Origin: Chloroflexota bacterium | Lineage (GTDB): Bacteria; Chloroflexota; Dehalococcoidia; JACPPT01 | DNA: 64,000 bases | NCBI GenBank assembly: GCA_016190815.1 | Contig: JACPPT010000058.1 | Location: forward strand, 2,826-66,825 | Reading direction: 5' to 3' | Notes under the pieces: generated by a model | What the model was told of the DNA's origin: nothing | Database searches by the model: none | Seen by the model: only the letters and a program-made list of their open reading frames with translations | Part shown: positions 54,787-63,279 of the stretch, in pieces | How the letters are laid out: each line of letters starts with the position of its first letter | Position numbering within the stretch: the first letter of the stretch is position 1 | Program-made: the position numbers and the translations under genes

Positions 54787-56190
54787 ATGGAGGGTTCAAG
54801 AATGGACGCATTTCGCATTGTTGTCGTTAAGAGTCACATTGGAACTGCCGAGACCGATCGGGCTTCTTACTTGTCCGCTTTGAAGCATAAACCGGATGTC
54901 GTTGGCCTGCAGGGAAGCAGCGTTGACTTTGGGCCCTATTATCTGGGGGCAAGTCAATGCAACAAATCAAGGACAAAGATGAAAGAGGATTTGGAACTGG
55001 TGCTACCTGCTGCCCTCAGCCAAAACGCCAAGGTTATACTTGGGGGAATGGGTTACGCCGGCACACGCTCTCGGGTAGACTGGTTCCTGGAGATCCTGCG
55101 AGAGGTGTCGACAGCCCACGAACTTCGGTTCAAGCTGGCAGTCATTTATTCGGATGTGCCTCATGACTACCTTCGTGAGCGGGCGCTCCGGGAGCGGATC
55201 CAGCATCTTGAGCTTTCGGGCAATTATCTTACACCCGAAGATGTGGACGCCAGTACCAATATAGTAGCCCTGATGGGGGCTGAGCCGATTGTTCGGGCTC
55301 TCTCCCTTGGGGCACAAGTCGTTGTTACCGGGCGCTGCTGCGATGCCGCTATCTTCGCGGCGCCTGCCCAATGGGCTGGATTCGACCGCGGTCTGGCCTG
55401 GCACATGGGTACCCTGATGGAGTGCGGTGGCCTGGCAGCAAGACCCCAGCGGGGTGACGTGGCTCTATTAAGCACTCTTAACCAGAACCATTTCATCATC
55501 GAAAGCACGAGCTCGGAGGCCCGGTGCACCGTGGAGTCCATTACGGACCATCAGATGTACGAGCGCCCCTCTGCCACGCGAGAGCATTTCCCAGGGGGTT
55601 TCTTCGACGCCTCATCAGCTACATATGAGGATGTGGGGCCGGGGCAGGTACGAGTTGCGGGAGCAGTCTTTCACCCCAGCCACCAGTACGAGGTGCTCAT
55701 TAATGGCGCAGGCCCCATGGGGTTCCGTTCTATCTCCATTGGTGGGGTGCGTGACCCCCTTGTTATACCGCGGCTGGGCCAGTTAGAGGAAGAGGCCAAG
55801 GCGAGGGTATCTAGAGACCTGGGAGAAAAAGCCGACTATGAGGTTCGCTTCATCAATTATGGCATAGATGGGGTTCTGGGGCCATACGAGCACCGACGGG
55901 AGGTGTTGTCCAAGGAGGTTGGGGTTATTATTGATGTGGTTGCGAGTGCCCAGGAGTTGGCCACCGATGTCGCAGCCCGTCTCTGCGGCATTCTAGATGC
56001 TCGCACGGCATATCCCAATCGAGTGCTGGGCCAGCGGAATTTCGCTATCCCGTTCTCTCCGGCTGTGCAGGAGCTGGGAGTGGCTTACCGGTTCACCATT
56101 GACCACCTGTTGCCACTGGATGATCCCCTGGAGATCTTCCCCATCACCCTCCATAAGGTCAAGGGAGACAAATGGCGTTTGCTGTCCTAA
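54787..56190 (+). CDS. DUF1446 / AtuA-like protein (divergent)
   Basis: 467 aa. VVVTGRCCDAAIFAAP and HMGTLMECGG resemble the DUF1446 blocks (TGRv.D..l...P; GHl.ECG). It is the usual partner of DUF4387. Confidence 0.6.
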   Translation: MEGSRMDAFRIVVVKSHIGTAETDRASYLSALKHKPDVVGLQGSSVDFGPYYLGASQCNKSRTKMKEDLELVLPAALSQNAKVILGGMGYAGTRSRVDWFLEILREVSTAHELRFKLAVIYSDVPHDYLRERALRERIQHLELSGNYLTPEDVDASTNIVALMGAEPIVRALSLGAQVVVTGRCCDAAIFAAPAQWAGFDRGLAWHMGTLMECGGLAARPQRGDVALLSTLNQNHFIIESTSSEARCTVESITDHQMYERPSATREHFPGGFFDASSATYEDVGPGQVRVAGAVFHPSHQYEVLINGAGPMGFRSISIGGVRDPLVIPRLGQLEEEAKARVSRDLGEKADYEVRFINYGIDGVLGPYEHRREVLSKEVGVIIDVVASAQELATDVAARLCGILDARTAYPNRVLGQRNFAIPFSPAVQELGVAYRFTIDHLLPLDDPLEIFPITLHKVKGDKWRLLS

Positions 56191-56307
56191 TGATCTTGTC
56201 TAAAAACCCACTGTTCTATTAGCATAAATACTCACAGTAAGGTGAATAGAATGAACAGCCTTATAAGTAGCTGAAATCCCCACTGATAAGAAGATCCAGG
56301 AGGAGTA

Positions 56308-58056
56308 ATGGAGTACCCGATTATAGAGAAGCCGCCTATACATAAGATGGAGCCAAGGCCAAATTTAGTCGACTATGAGAGCGTACGTAGGAACTTCCAG
56401 TGGGAGGATGTGAAGAAGGAACTGGACGGTCTTCCCGGTGGAGGACTGAACATTGCCCACGAAGCAATAGACCGTCACACGATGACCCAAAGGCGGGGCA
56501 GGGTAGCCCTCTATTGGGAGGGGAAGAGTGGGGAAACAGAAACGTACACCTTCGCCCAGCTCAAGGAGGAAACTGATAAGTTCGCTAATGTGCTTACCAC
56601 ACTGGGTATTAGGAAAGGCGACAGAGTGTTCATATTCATGGAGCGTGTGCCTGAACTCTATATTGCCTTCTTCGGCATTCTTAAGGCAGGTGCAGTAGCA
56701 GGTCCTCTCTTCTCAGCCTTCGGCCCAGAGCCGGTGCGTGATCGTCTCAAGGACAGCGGGGCATCGGTACTAATAACCCAACCAGAGCTAAGGCGACGTA
56801 TCTCTCACATGCTCCCGGAGCTCCCGGAGCTTAAGCATATTATCGTTGTGAATAAGAAGAACCGCGATCTGTACCCCTTACAAGATAACGACCTGAGCTA
56901 CGAGGAACTTATGGCCTCGGCATCTCCTCAATTCCGAATTGTCCACACCACGAGAGATGACCCAGCCATAATGCACTACACTTCAGGTACCACAGGAAAG
57001 CCCAAAGGGGCTCTTCATATACATGGGGCGGTGCTGGGCCACTACATCACCGGCAAGTGGGTGCTCGATATGCATGATGAAGACATCTACTGGTGCACCG
57101 CAGACCCAGGCTGGGTAACAGGCACCTCCTATGGAATGTCTGCCCCTTGGACCAACGGCATTAGTCAGATCATATATGAAGGGATGTTTAGGGCTAACGC
57201 CTGGTATGGCATGATCCAGAAATATAAAGTAAGCGTCTGGTATACTGCGCCGACTGCCATAAGGATGCTTATGAAGGCAGGGGAGCATCTCCCAAAACAA
57301 TACGATCTTTCGAGCCTGAGGTATATATGTAGCGTGGGCGAGCCCCTTAACCCTGAAGCGGTAATGTGGGGGTTGAAGGCTATTGGCCTACCTATTCACG
57401 ACAATTGGTGGCAGACGGAGACCGGCTGCATCCTTATTGGTAACTACCCTCTCATGCCAATAAGACCCGGCTCTATGGGGAAACCTATTCCTGGAGTCTC
57501 GCCAGCGATCCTAGATGACAATTACAACGTGCTCCCATCAGGCAAAGAGGGGCAACTTGCTGTAAAGCCTGGCTGGCCCTCTATGTTTGTTACCTACTGG
57601 AAAAACGCTTCTCTTTACCAATCCAGATTCAAGAACGGATGGTACATAACTGGGGACCGTGCCAACATGGACAAGGATGGTTACTTCTGGTTTGTTGGAC
57701 GGGCTGATGACGTAATAAAGACGGCGGGGCACTTAGTTGGCCCCTTCGAGGTTGAGAGTGTGCTAATAGAACACCCTGCTGTGGCAGAGGCAGGGGTTAT
57801 CGGTAAGCCCGATCCTCTGGCTTATGAGATTGTGAAAGCCTTTGTATCTCTTAAAGATGGCTACTTGCAGTCAGAAGCCCTGCGTAAGGAGATCCTCCAG
57901 TTCGCAAGGCAGAGGCTGCAGTCTATCGCGCCGAGGGAGCTAGACTTTGTGCCTTCGTTGCCAAAAACTAGGAGTGGCAAGATAATGCGGAGGCTCCTCA
58001 AGGCTAGGGAACTCGGTCTGCCTGAGGGGGATACGTCGACCCTTGAGGACGATTAA
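56308..58056 (+). CDS. AMP-forming acyl-CoA synthetase (acetyl-CoA synthetase-like)
   Basis: YTSGTTGKPKG AMP-binding motif and C-terminal LPKTRSGKIMRR; 582 aa; AGGAGG SD. Confidence 0.85.
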   Translation: MEYPIIEKPPIHKMEPRPNLVDYESVRRNFQWEDVKKELDGLPGGGLNIAHEAIDRHTMTQRRGRVALYWEGKSGETETYTFAQLKEETDKFANVLTTLGIRKGDRVFIFMERVPELYIAFFGILKAGAVAGPLFSAFGPEPVRDRLKDSGASVLITQPELRRRISHMLPELPELKHIIVVNKKNRDLYPLQDNDLSYEELMASASPQFRIVHTTRDDPAIMHYTSGTTGKPKGALHIHGAVLGHYITGKWVLDMHDEDIYWCTADPGWVTGTSYGMSAPWTNGISQIIYEGMFRANAWYGMIQKYKVSVWYTAPTAIRMLMKAGEHLPKQYDLSSLRYICSVGEPLNPEAVMWGLKAIGLPIHDNWWQTETGCILIGNYPLMPIRPGSMGKPIPGVSPAILDDNYNVLPSGKEGQLAVKPGWPSMFVTYWKNASLYQSRFKNGWYITGDRANMDKDGYFWFVGRADDVIKTAGHLVGPFEVESVLIEHPAVAEAGVIGKPDPLAYEIVKAFVSLKDGYLQSEALRKEILQFARQRLQSIAPRELDFVPSLPKTRSGKIMRRLLKARELGLPEGDTSTLEDD

Positions 58057-58092
58057 GAAAAGTTGGGGCAGAAATGCAATTGGGAGGGAGAG

Positions 58093-59475
58093 ATGGTCCA
58101 CTATTCGGTCAATCCGCAAAAACACTTCTACAACTTCCAAGGTAAGATACCAACGGCAACCCTTGGAGCCCAACCTGCGCAGATACCTCCAGATTCACCC
58201 CACACGCAGCCGAAGTTAATAACGGATACTACCTTGAGAGACGGTGCCCAGGATCCACGTTTTGCCATATTCCCGAACAAGAGCAAGCTCAAATACTATG
58301 ACTTCCTTCATACGCTGGACAACGGCACAGGCGTTATCGAGGCGGTTGAAGTGTTCATCTACCAGGACAGAGACCTCTGGGTATTGGACAGACTCCTCGA
58401 ACGCGACTATGAGTATCCTAAGGTCACTACCTGGACCAGAGCGACCCCAAAAGATATAAAACTTCTCTCAGAGGTCTCCCAGGGTAGGATAAAGGAGACT
58501 GGGATGCTCGCCTCTTCCTCAGACCACCATATCTTCGATAAGCTGAGCTTCCGTAGCAAAGAGGAAGCTATCGAGAAGTATTTGGAGCCTATCCTCACGG
58601 CCTGCAAACTTGGCATAAGGCCTAGGGTGCATCTTGAGGATGCCACCAAGGCGGATATATACGGTTGGGTCATACCTTTTATGCGGCGTGTTATGGAGGA
58701 GACCAAAGGGCAAGCCTGTTTCCGAATCTGCGATACCGTTGGACTTGGCATCCCTGACCCCTTTGCTACAATCCCTTTTGGTGTACCACATCTAGTGTCC
58801 ACCCTTGCAAGGGAGGTCGGTGCCGAATTAGAATTCCACGGCCATAATGATTTCGGCCTAGCTACAGCCAACAGCATCGCTGCTTGGACATATGGCTGTA
58901 AGCGTGTCAATTGCGCTTTTGGTGGCCTCGGCGAGCGCACAGGCAATACTCCCCTTGAGCAGGTGATAGCGAACTACATTCGTCTATACGGCGACCCGGG
59001 CTTCAAACTGGATGTGCTGATAGAAATAGCAGAGCTCATAAACAGTGAGGTTGTACCCATACCTGAGAAGCAACCTGTTATTGGTACAGATATATTTACT
59101 ACCCAGGCGGGCCTACACCAGACAGGGGTGGAGCGTCACAGACGTGCCGAAGGTGGTCCTATTTACCTGCCGTACGACCCCGCAGTTGTAGGCAGGAATA
59201 GTATAGAGCTGAGCCGGGTAGGCAGCCTTGCTGGGATGGATGGCATCGTGTCGGTCCTTAATCGGGCTATTCAAGAGTCAACGGGTGAAGAAGGTCACTA
59301 CACAGTTGTCAGCAAGACGGTTAAGTACATTTACGATAGCGTGCACAAGGCTTACGACGGTACGTATGATGCTGCCCAAGGCCGGTATGTAAACTACCGC
59401 GCTACTTTCTTCGAGCCCCGAGAACTCCTGACTATAGCTAGGGAATACGAGGCGAAGAGAAGCTCAGGTTCCTGA
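58093..59475 (+). CDS. IPMS/homocitrate/citramalate-synthase-family (HMGL-like) acyl-CoA:2-oxoacid condensing enzyme
   Basis: TDTTLRDGAQ and EFHGHNDFGLATAN...GLGERTGNTPLEQV motifs. Start moved to ATG 58093 (GGGAGG SD). Confidence 0.8.
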   Translation: MVHYSVNPQKHFYNFQGKIPTATLGAQPAQIPPDSPHTQPKLITDTTLRDGAQDPRFAIFPNKSKLKYYDFLHTLDNGTGVIEAVEVFIYQDRDLWVLDRLLERDYEYPKVTTWTRATPKDIKLLSEVSQGRIKETGMLASSSDHHIFDKLSFRSKEEAIEKYLEPILTACKLGIRPRVHLEDATKADIYGWVIPFMRRVMEETKGQACFRICDTVGLGIPDPFATIPFGVPHLVSTLAREVGAELEFHGHNDFGLATANSIAAWTYGCKRVNCAFGGLGERTGNTPLEQVIANYIRLYGDPGFKLDVLIEIAELINSEVVPIPEKQPVIGTDIFTTQAGLHQTGVERHRRAEGGPIYLPYDPAVVGRNSIELSRVGSLAGMDGIVSVLNRAIQESTGEEGHYTVVSKTVKYIYDSVHKAYDGTYDAAQGRYVNYRATFFEPRELLTIAREYEAKRSSGS

Positions 59476-59693
59476 TGTCTATGGTTCCGACCTCCTCAAC
59501 TGTGTCATCAATGTATCTCAGCACGTCCAGCGTCCCACGCCCTCAATCTGGACAACGCCGACACTCGGGAGTCGGTGCACCAGAACTGGGACGACGATGT
59601 CTTTCAGGTGCCAGGGTAGGCTTCACCCTCGCTCCTGCCAGCAACCCCTCGTGTAAGTGCCCTTAAACGCTGTGGCTCTCTTCATCTCAGCAA

Positions 59694-59722
59694 TTGACAA
59701 CAACCAGCAATATCAGTAAACT
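59694..59722 (+). promoter_or_regulatory. Candidate sigma70-type promoter of the methylation module (TTGACA-17-TAAACT)
   Basis: TTGACA at 59694-59699, a 17-nt spacer, TAAACT at 59717-59722. GAGGAG SD sits 10 nt before ATG 59767. Confidence 0.4.
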
Positions 59723-59766
59723 ACTGCCAAACTCGGTTTTCTGGCTTCGAGAGGAGCGCCAACTGA

Positions 59767-59967
59767 ATGGACCCCAGTAATGCCGTCTTGACCATAGGTG
59801 AGCTTGCCGACTACTTGAAAATCCCTAAGTCAACGGTCTACAAGCTGGCCCAGCAGGGGAAGATTCCGGGGCAAAAGATCGGGCGTCATTGGCGCTTCTC
59901 AAAACAGGCAATCGACCAATGGCTAGAGCAGACGCACAAGCTTGGCAAGGGAACTGGCCGGCGATGA
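59767..59967 (+). CDS. Excisionase-family (MerR-like) helix-turn-helix DNA-binding protein
   Basis: LTIGELADYLKIPKSTVYKLAQQGKIPGQKIGRHWRFSKQAIDQWL, the classic excisionase-type HTH; 66 aa. Confidence 0.8.
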   Translation: MDPSNAVLTIGELADYLKIPKSTVYKLAQQGKIPGQKIGRHWRFSKQAIDQWLEQTHKLGKGTGRR

Positions 59968-60686
59968 AGAAATCCCGCGAAGGGAGAACGGCTCCCGAGG
60001 GGGAGTCTCCTTTGTTGTCCAGAGAATACTGGGCGGCCATTCGAGTGTGGTACAAGTCAGGGGGGCGACACCATTTACCCTGGCGCCAAAATGCCACCCC
60101 ATGGAACATCATGCTGGCAGAAACGCTTCTCCACCGGACACGCGCTGACGCTATTCAAGTTCTCTATCCTCGGATAACGGAAGAGTTCCCGGGCCCAGCC
60201 GCGATCGTCAAACGTGAGTCTGAATGGCTGGAGATGAGCAGATCTGCCGGTTTGACATGGCGTGCCGTTACCTTTGTCTCTGCCTGCAAGGAATTGTTGG
60301 CACAGCACGGGGGACTCGTGCCGAGTGAGCGCGAGGCTTTGTTGGCGCTTCCGGGGGTTGGGCACTACATAGCCAGCGCGGTTCGGTGTTTCGGTTTCGG
60401 TATCCCTGAGGTCATCGTGGATAGCAACACAATCAGGCTGTCAAGCCGCATTTCAGGTCGAGCGCTTGTGGCCTCTCGTCATCGTTCGAGAGAGGTACAG
60501 AAGGCGGTGGCAAGTCTTGGGGAAGTGGGTAGACCCTCCAGTCCGGCTGATAACTACGCACTCCTGGATCTGGCGACAAAAGTTTGCCGGATCACCAAGC
60601 CCGACCACTGGGGATGTCCAATTCGAGCGACTTGTGCAACGGGAAAGCACGTCATTGCAGGGAGCGCTTCCACCTCCGCCACTTGA
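59964..60686 (+). CDS. HhH-GPD superfamily DNA glycosylase (MutY/Mig-like)
   Basis: LPWRQNATPWNIMLAETLLHRT, HhH LLALPGVGHYIASAV, catalytic-Asp block VDSNTIRL, and an Fe-S loop reading CRITKPDHWGCPIRATC. The ATG overlaps the HTH stop (ATGA at 59964-59967). Confidence 0.75.
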   Translation: MKKSREGRTAPEGESPLLSREYWAAIRVWYKSGGRHHLPWRQNATPWNIMLAETLLHRTRADAIQVLYPRITEEFPGPAAIVKRESEWLEMSRSAGLTWRAVTFVSACKELLAQHGGLVPSEREALLALPGVGHYIASAVRCFGFGIPEVIVDSNTIRLSSRISGRALVASRHRSREVQKAVASLGEVGRPSSPADNYALLDLATKVCRITKPDHWGCPIRATCATGKHVIAGSASTSAT

Positions 60687-60750
60687 GAATTGCGTGAAGG
60701 AGATTTGCATGCGTATGGACTCATCGGCGCAAAGGAACACTGGGTGACAG

Positions 60751-62148
60751 GTGCAGGATGCCTCTGATTCTATCGCAGAAACTTGGTGCTCTGGAGGTGA
60801 TTATCAGCGGCATTCCTCATTTAGTCCGGAGGAATCTCCTGTGACTGCGAACGCCGAATCTACAGTAACTGCTGGGGCCACTGTTCGTGAGGCGGTGGCA
60901 ATGAATGCGGAACCTCCGAGGCTCAAGCTTCCAACCTTTAAGGGAAAACGGCTCAAGCTCGGCCGGCGTCCCGGTTCGCCAGATCCCGAGGACGTGGGAC
61001 TCTCAAGGCGATGGGTCGGCTCCCAGTCGAGGCCTTGGGCGGTAGATCTCTTCGCTGGCGCCGGAGGACTCAGCCTCGGGCTCAGAGATGCCGGCATCAA
61101 CGTGATCGCCGCTGCGGAGGAAGACCCCGTTGCTGCCGAAACACATGCCGCAAATCTCGGTGGGCTGACATGGGTGGGTGATCTGCGGGATTCATCGTCC
61201 TTCGTCTGCTTTCTTAGAGAAAGGGGCATCGACCAGGTGGATATCGTGGCAGGTGGCCCCCCTTGCCAGCCGTTTTCGAACGCCGGACTGGCAAAGATAC
61301 GTAGCCTCCCGAGGCGTCAGAATGATGAACGCACAGGACTCTGGAGAGCGTTCTTCGGGGTGATTGACGAACTTGCTCCAAGGGTGGTTCTGCTGGAGAA
61401 TGTTCCAGCCTTTGCCAGCATGCAAGAAGGGGCAATCCTGGCGGCCTTCGTGGGGGAACTGGAGGAGCGAGGATTCAACACGCAGGCCAGAGTGGTGGAG
61501 GCCTGGAAGTATGGCGTTCCACAACATCGCAAGCGCCTGTTCGTGGTTGCCACCCGTGAGGGTGAATCCTTTCGCTGGCCCCGACCAAGCAGGAAGGTGC
61601 CCACGTTGCGGGATGCGATCGGCGACCTCCCGGTCGTGGGGCCAGGCCACAGGGAGGAGGTTATAACCAGAGAGCGTCGTCCCAGCAGCCCACTGGCAAG
61701 ACGTCTGAGAAAGAACTTGGCCGAGACGGAGATTGGTACTGTCACCGACCACATCACCAGGGAGGTTCGCTCCGACGATGCGGAGATCTTCGCTCTCATG
61801 AGGCCAGGACAGACCTACGCGGATGTTCCGCCCGCGATGCGCCGATATCGGGCCGATATCTTCGATGACAAGTACACCAGATTGTCGTGGGACGCACTGA
61901 GCAGGTCGATCACTGCCCACATTGCTAAGGATGGCTACTGGTACATTCATCCAGAGCAGGACCGGACGCTGTCTGTCCGGGAGGCCGCCCGGATTCAGAC
62001 CTTTCCCGACTGGTTCAGGTTTGCCGGGCATCCATCGAACAGGTTGCGGCAGATCGGGAATGCTGTTCCACCGATGCTGGCCGCTGTACCTGATATTAGG
62101 CAAAGTTGCCTGATCATATTCGGGCGTCACGCAAGAGGAGCAACCTAA
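60751..62148 (+). CDS. DNA (cytosine-5)-methyltransferase
   Basis: Motif I DLFAGAGGLSLGL, IV GGPPCQPFS, VI LLENV, VIII QHRKRLFVVA, IX-X TFPDWFRF...RQIGNAVPP. The N-terminal about 100 aa is low-complexity. The start could be GTG 60751 or ATG 60901. Confidence 0.9.
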   Translation: MQDASDSIAETWCSGGDYQRHSSFSPEESPVTANAESTVTAGATVREAVAMNAEPPRLKLPTFKGKRLKLGRRPGSPDPEDVGLSRRWVGSQSRPWAVDLFAGAGGLSLGLRDAGINVIAAAEEDPVAAETHAANLGGLTWVGDLRDSSSFVCFLRERGIDQVDIVAGGPPCQPFSNAGLAKIRSLPRRQNDERTGLWRAFFGVIDELAPRVVLLENVPAFASMQEGAILAAFVGELEERGFNTQARVVEAWKYGVPQHRKRLFVVATREGESFRWPRPSRKVPTLRDAIGDLPVVGPGHREEVITRERRPSSPLARRLRKNLAETEIGTVTDHITREVRSDDAEIFALMRPGQTYADVPPAMRRYRADIFDDKYTRLSWDALSRSITAHIAKDGYWYIHPEQDRTLSVREAARIQTFPDWFRFAGHPSNRLRQIGNAVPPMLAAVPDIRQSCLIIFGRHARGAT

Positions 62149-62996
62149 TGCCCCAGGACTGGACGCGCGAGGAAGTGGAGGCTACAGTCGCCGACTACCT
62201 CGCCATGCTCAGCGCCGAGCACATAGGCCAGGAGTACAGCAAAGCCGAGCACCGACGCAACCTGGGCAAGCTCTTGAACAACCGGAGCGACGGGGCGATC
62301 GAACGGAAGCATCAGAACATCAGTGCCATCCTGATCGAACTTGGCCTGCCGTATGTCGACGGGTACAAGCCGCTTCGCAACTTTCAGCAGCTCCTCTTTG
62401 AGGTCATTGAAGATCGACTTCGCAATACTCCCCAACTCATCACTATGGTTGAGGAAGAGGTCCAGCGTCCCGCCGAACTACCGACAGTCGATGACATTCT
62501 GTCGGCCCTGGTGGAGCCACCGCGAAGGTCGACTCGGCCCAATTCCGCTTCGATACGGGTGTCCGACCGGCACATTCCCCTACCACGAATCAACTACCTG
62601 GCCATGGAGGCCGGCAACAGGTCACTAGGCCGGGCTGGCGAGGAATTCGTGGTGCGATTCGAGGTTGCCAGGCTTACAGCCGTACGGCAGGAACGACTTG
62701 CAGCACAGATAGAGCATGTTGCAGTGACCCGCGGTGATGGCGCGGGCTACGACGTACTCTCGTACGAGACGACAGGCCAAGAACGGCTCATCGAAGTGAA
62801 GACAACCTCCTACGGACCACAAACGCCCTTCTTCGTAACTAGAAACGAACTCGCGGTATCACATGATCGCGCGGCCGGGTACCATCTCTATCGCGTCTTC
62901 AGCTTTCGTAAGACGCCTCGGCTATTTCACAAACGAGGTAGGATTGACGAGCAGTTCGCACTCGCGCCCGAGCAATACCTTGCGCGGGTTGTGTGA
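62148..62996 (+). CDS. DUF3883-type PD-(D/E)xK nuclease-like protein (candidate restriction endonuclease)
   Basis: C-terminal GRAGEEFVVRFE...GYDVLSY...ERLIEVKTT...FFVTRNELAVS...YHLYRVF matches DUF3883 with a D...E-x-K motif. ATG 62148 overlaps the dcm stop (TAATG). Confidence 0.65.
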   Translation: MPQDWTREEVEATVADYLAMLSAEHIGQEYSKAEHRRNLGKLLNNRSDGAIERKHQNISAILIELGLPYVDGYKPLRNFQQLLFEVIEDRLRNTPQLITMVEEEVQRPAELPTVDDILSALVEPPRRSTRPNSASIRVSDRHIPLPRINYLAMEAGNRSLGRAGEEFVVRFEVARLTAVRQERLAAQIEHVAVTRGDGAGYDVLSYETTGQERLIEVKTTSYGPQTPFFVTRNELAVSHDRAAGYHLYRVFSFRKTPRLFHKRGRIDEQFALAPEQYLARVV

Positions 62997-63098
62997 CGCC
63001 TGATGAGCGCATGAACCTGATGAGCCGCCGTCGGTGGTGGGTTCGCTTTACTGATTCCTACCCAGGTCGGCTAATACGCGTATACAGGCCGGGCCAGA

Positions 63099-63142
63099 CG
63101 TAGCGGCGCCCCAACAGTATCGGGGCGCCGCTACGACCGCTT
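63099..63142 (+). terminator. Strong GC hairpin closing the methylation module (terminator-like)
   Basis: Perfect 14-bp stem CGTAGCGGCGCCCC (63099-63112) / GGGGCGCCGCTACG (63122-63135) with a 9-nt loop, followed by ACCGCTTTATT (weak U-tract). Confidence 0.6.
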
Positions 63143-63279
63143 TATTGACACCTATGTTCATTAGCAGTCCAAGCAGACATCAATAATTGCAGTAGCCGTA
63201 GTGCAATAATGAGCGTACTGCCCACCCCATCGGATTGCTGTAGAACCCGGCCAGTACGCCCCCCTGGGATCGTCGCGGC

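Noticed and set aside
59475-59666. 63-aa plus-strand ORF after the IPMS-like gene
   Set aside because: It is Ser/Pro/Arg-rich and low-complexity, has no SD, and starts on the stop codon of the upstream gene. It is most likely non-coding spacer.
59476-59693. Possible tRNA fragment, att site or integrase remnant at the left border of the methylation island (GGTTCCGACCTCC; minus-strand open stretch WHLKDIVVPVLVHRLPSVGVVQIEG)
   Set aside because: There is no cloverleaf or full T-arm consensus. The open stretch is short, has no recognisable family, and ends in stops. The right border is outside the window, so direct repeats cannot be tested.
61192-62130. 312-aa minus-strand ORF
   Set aside because: It is antisense to the cytosine methyltransferase, whose motifs I-X are all present on the plus strand. 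It has no recognisable features of its own.
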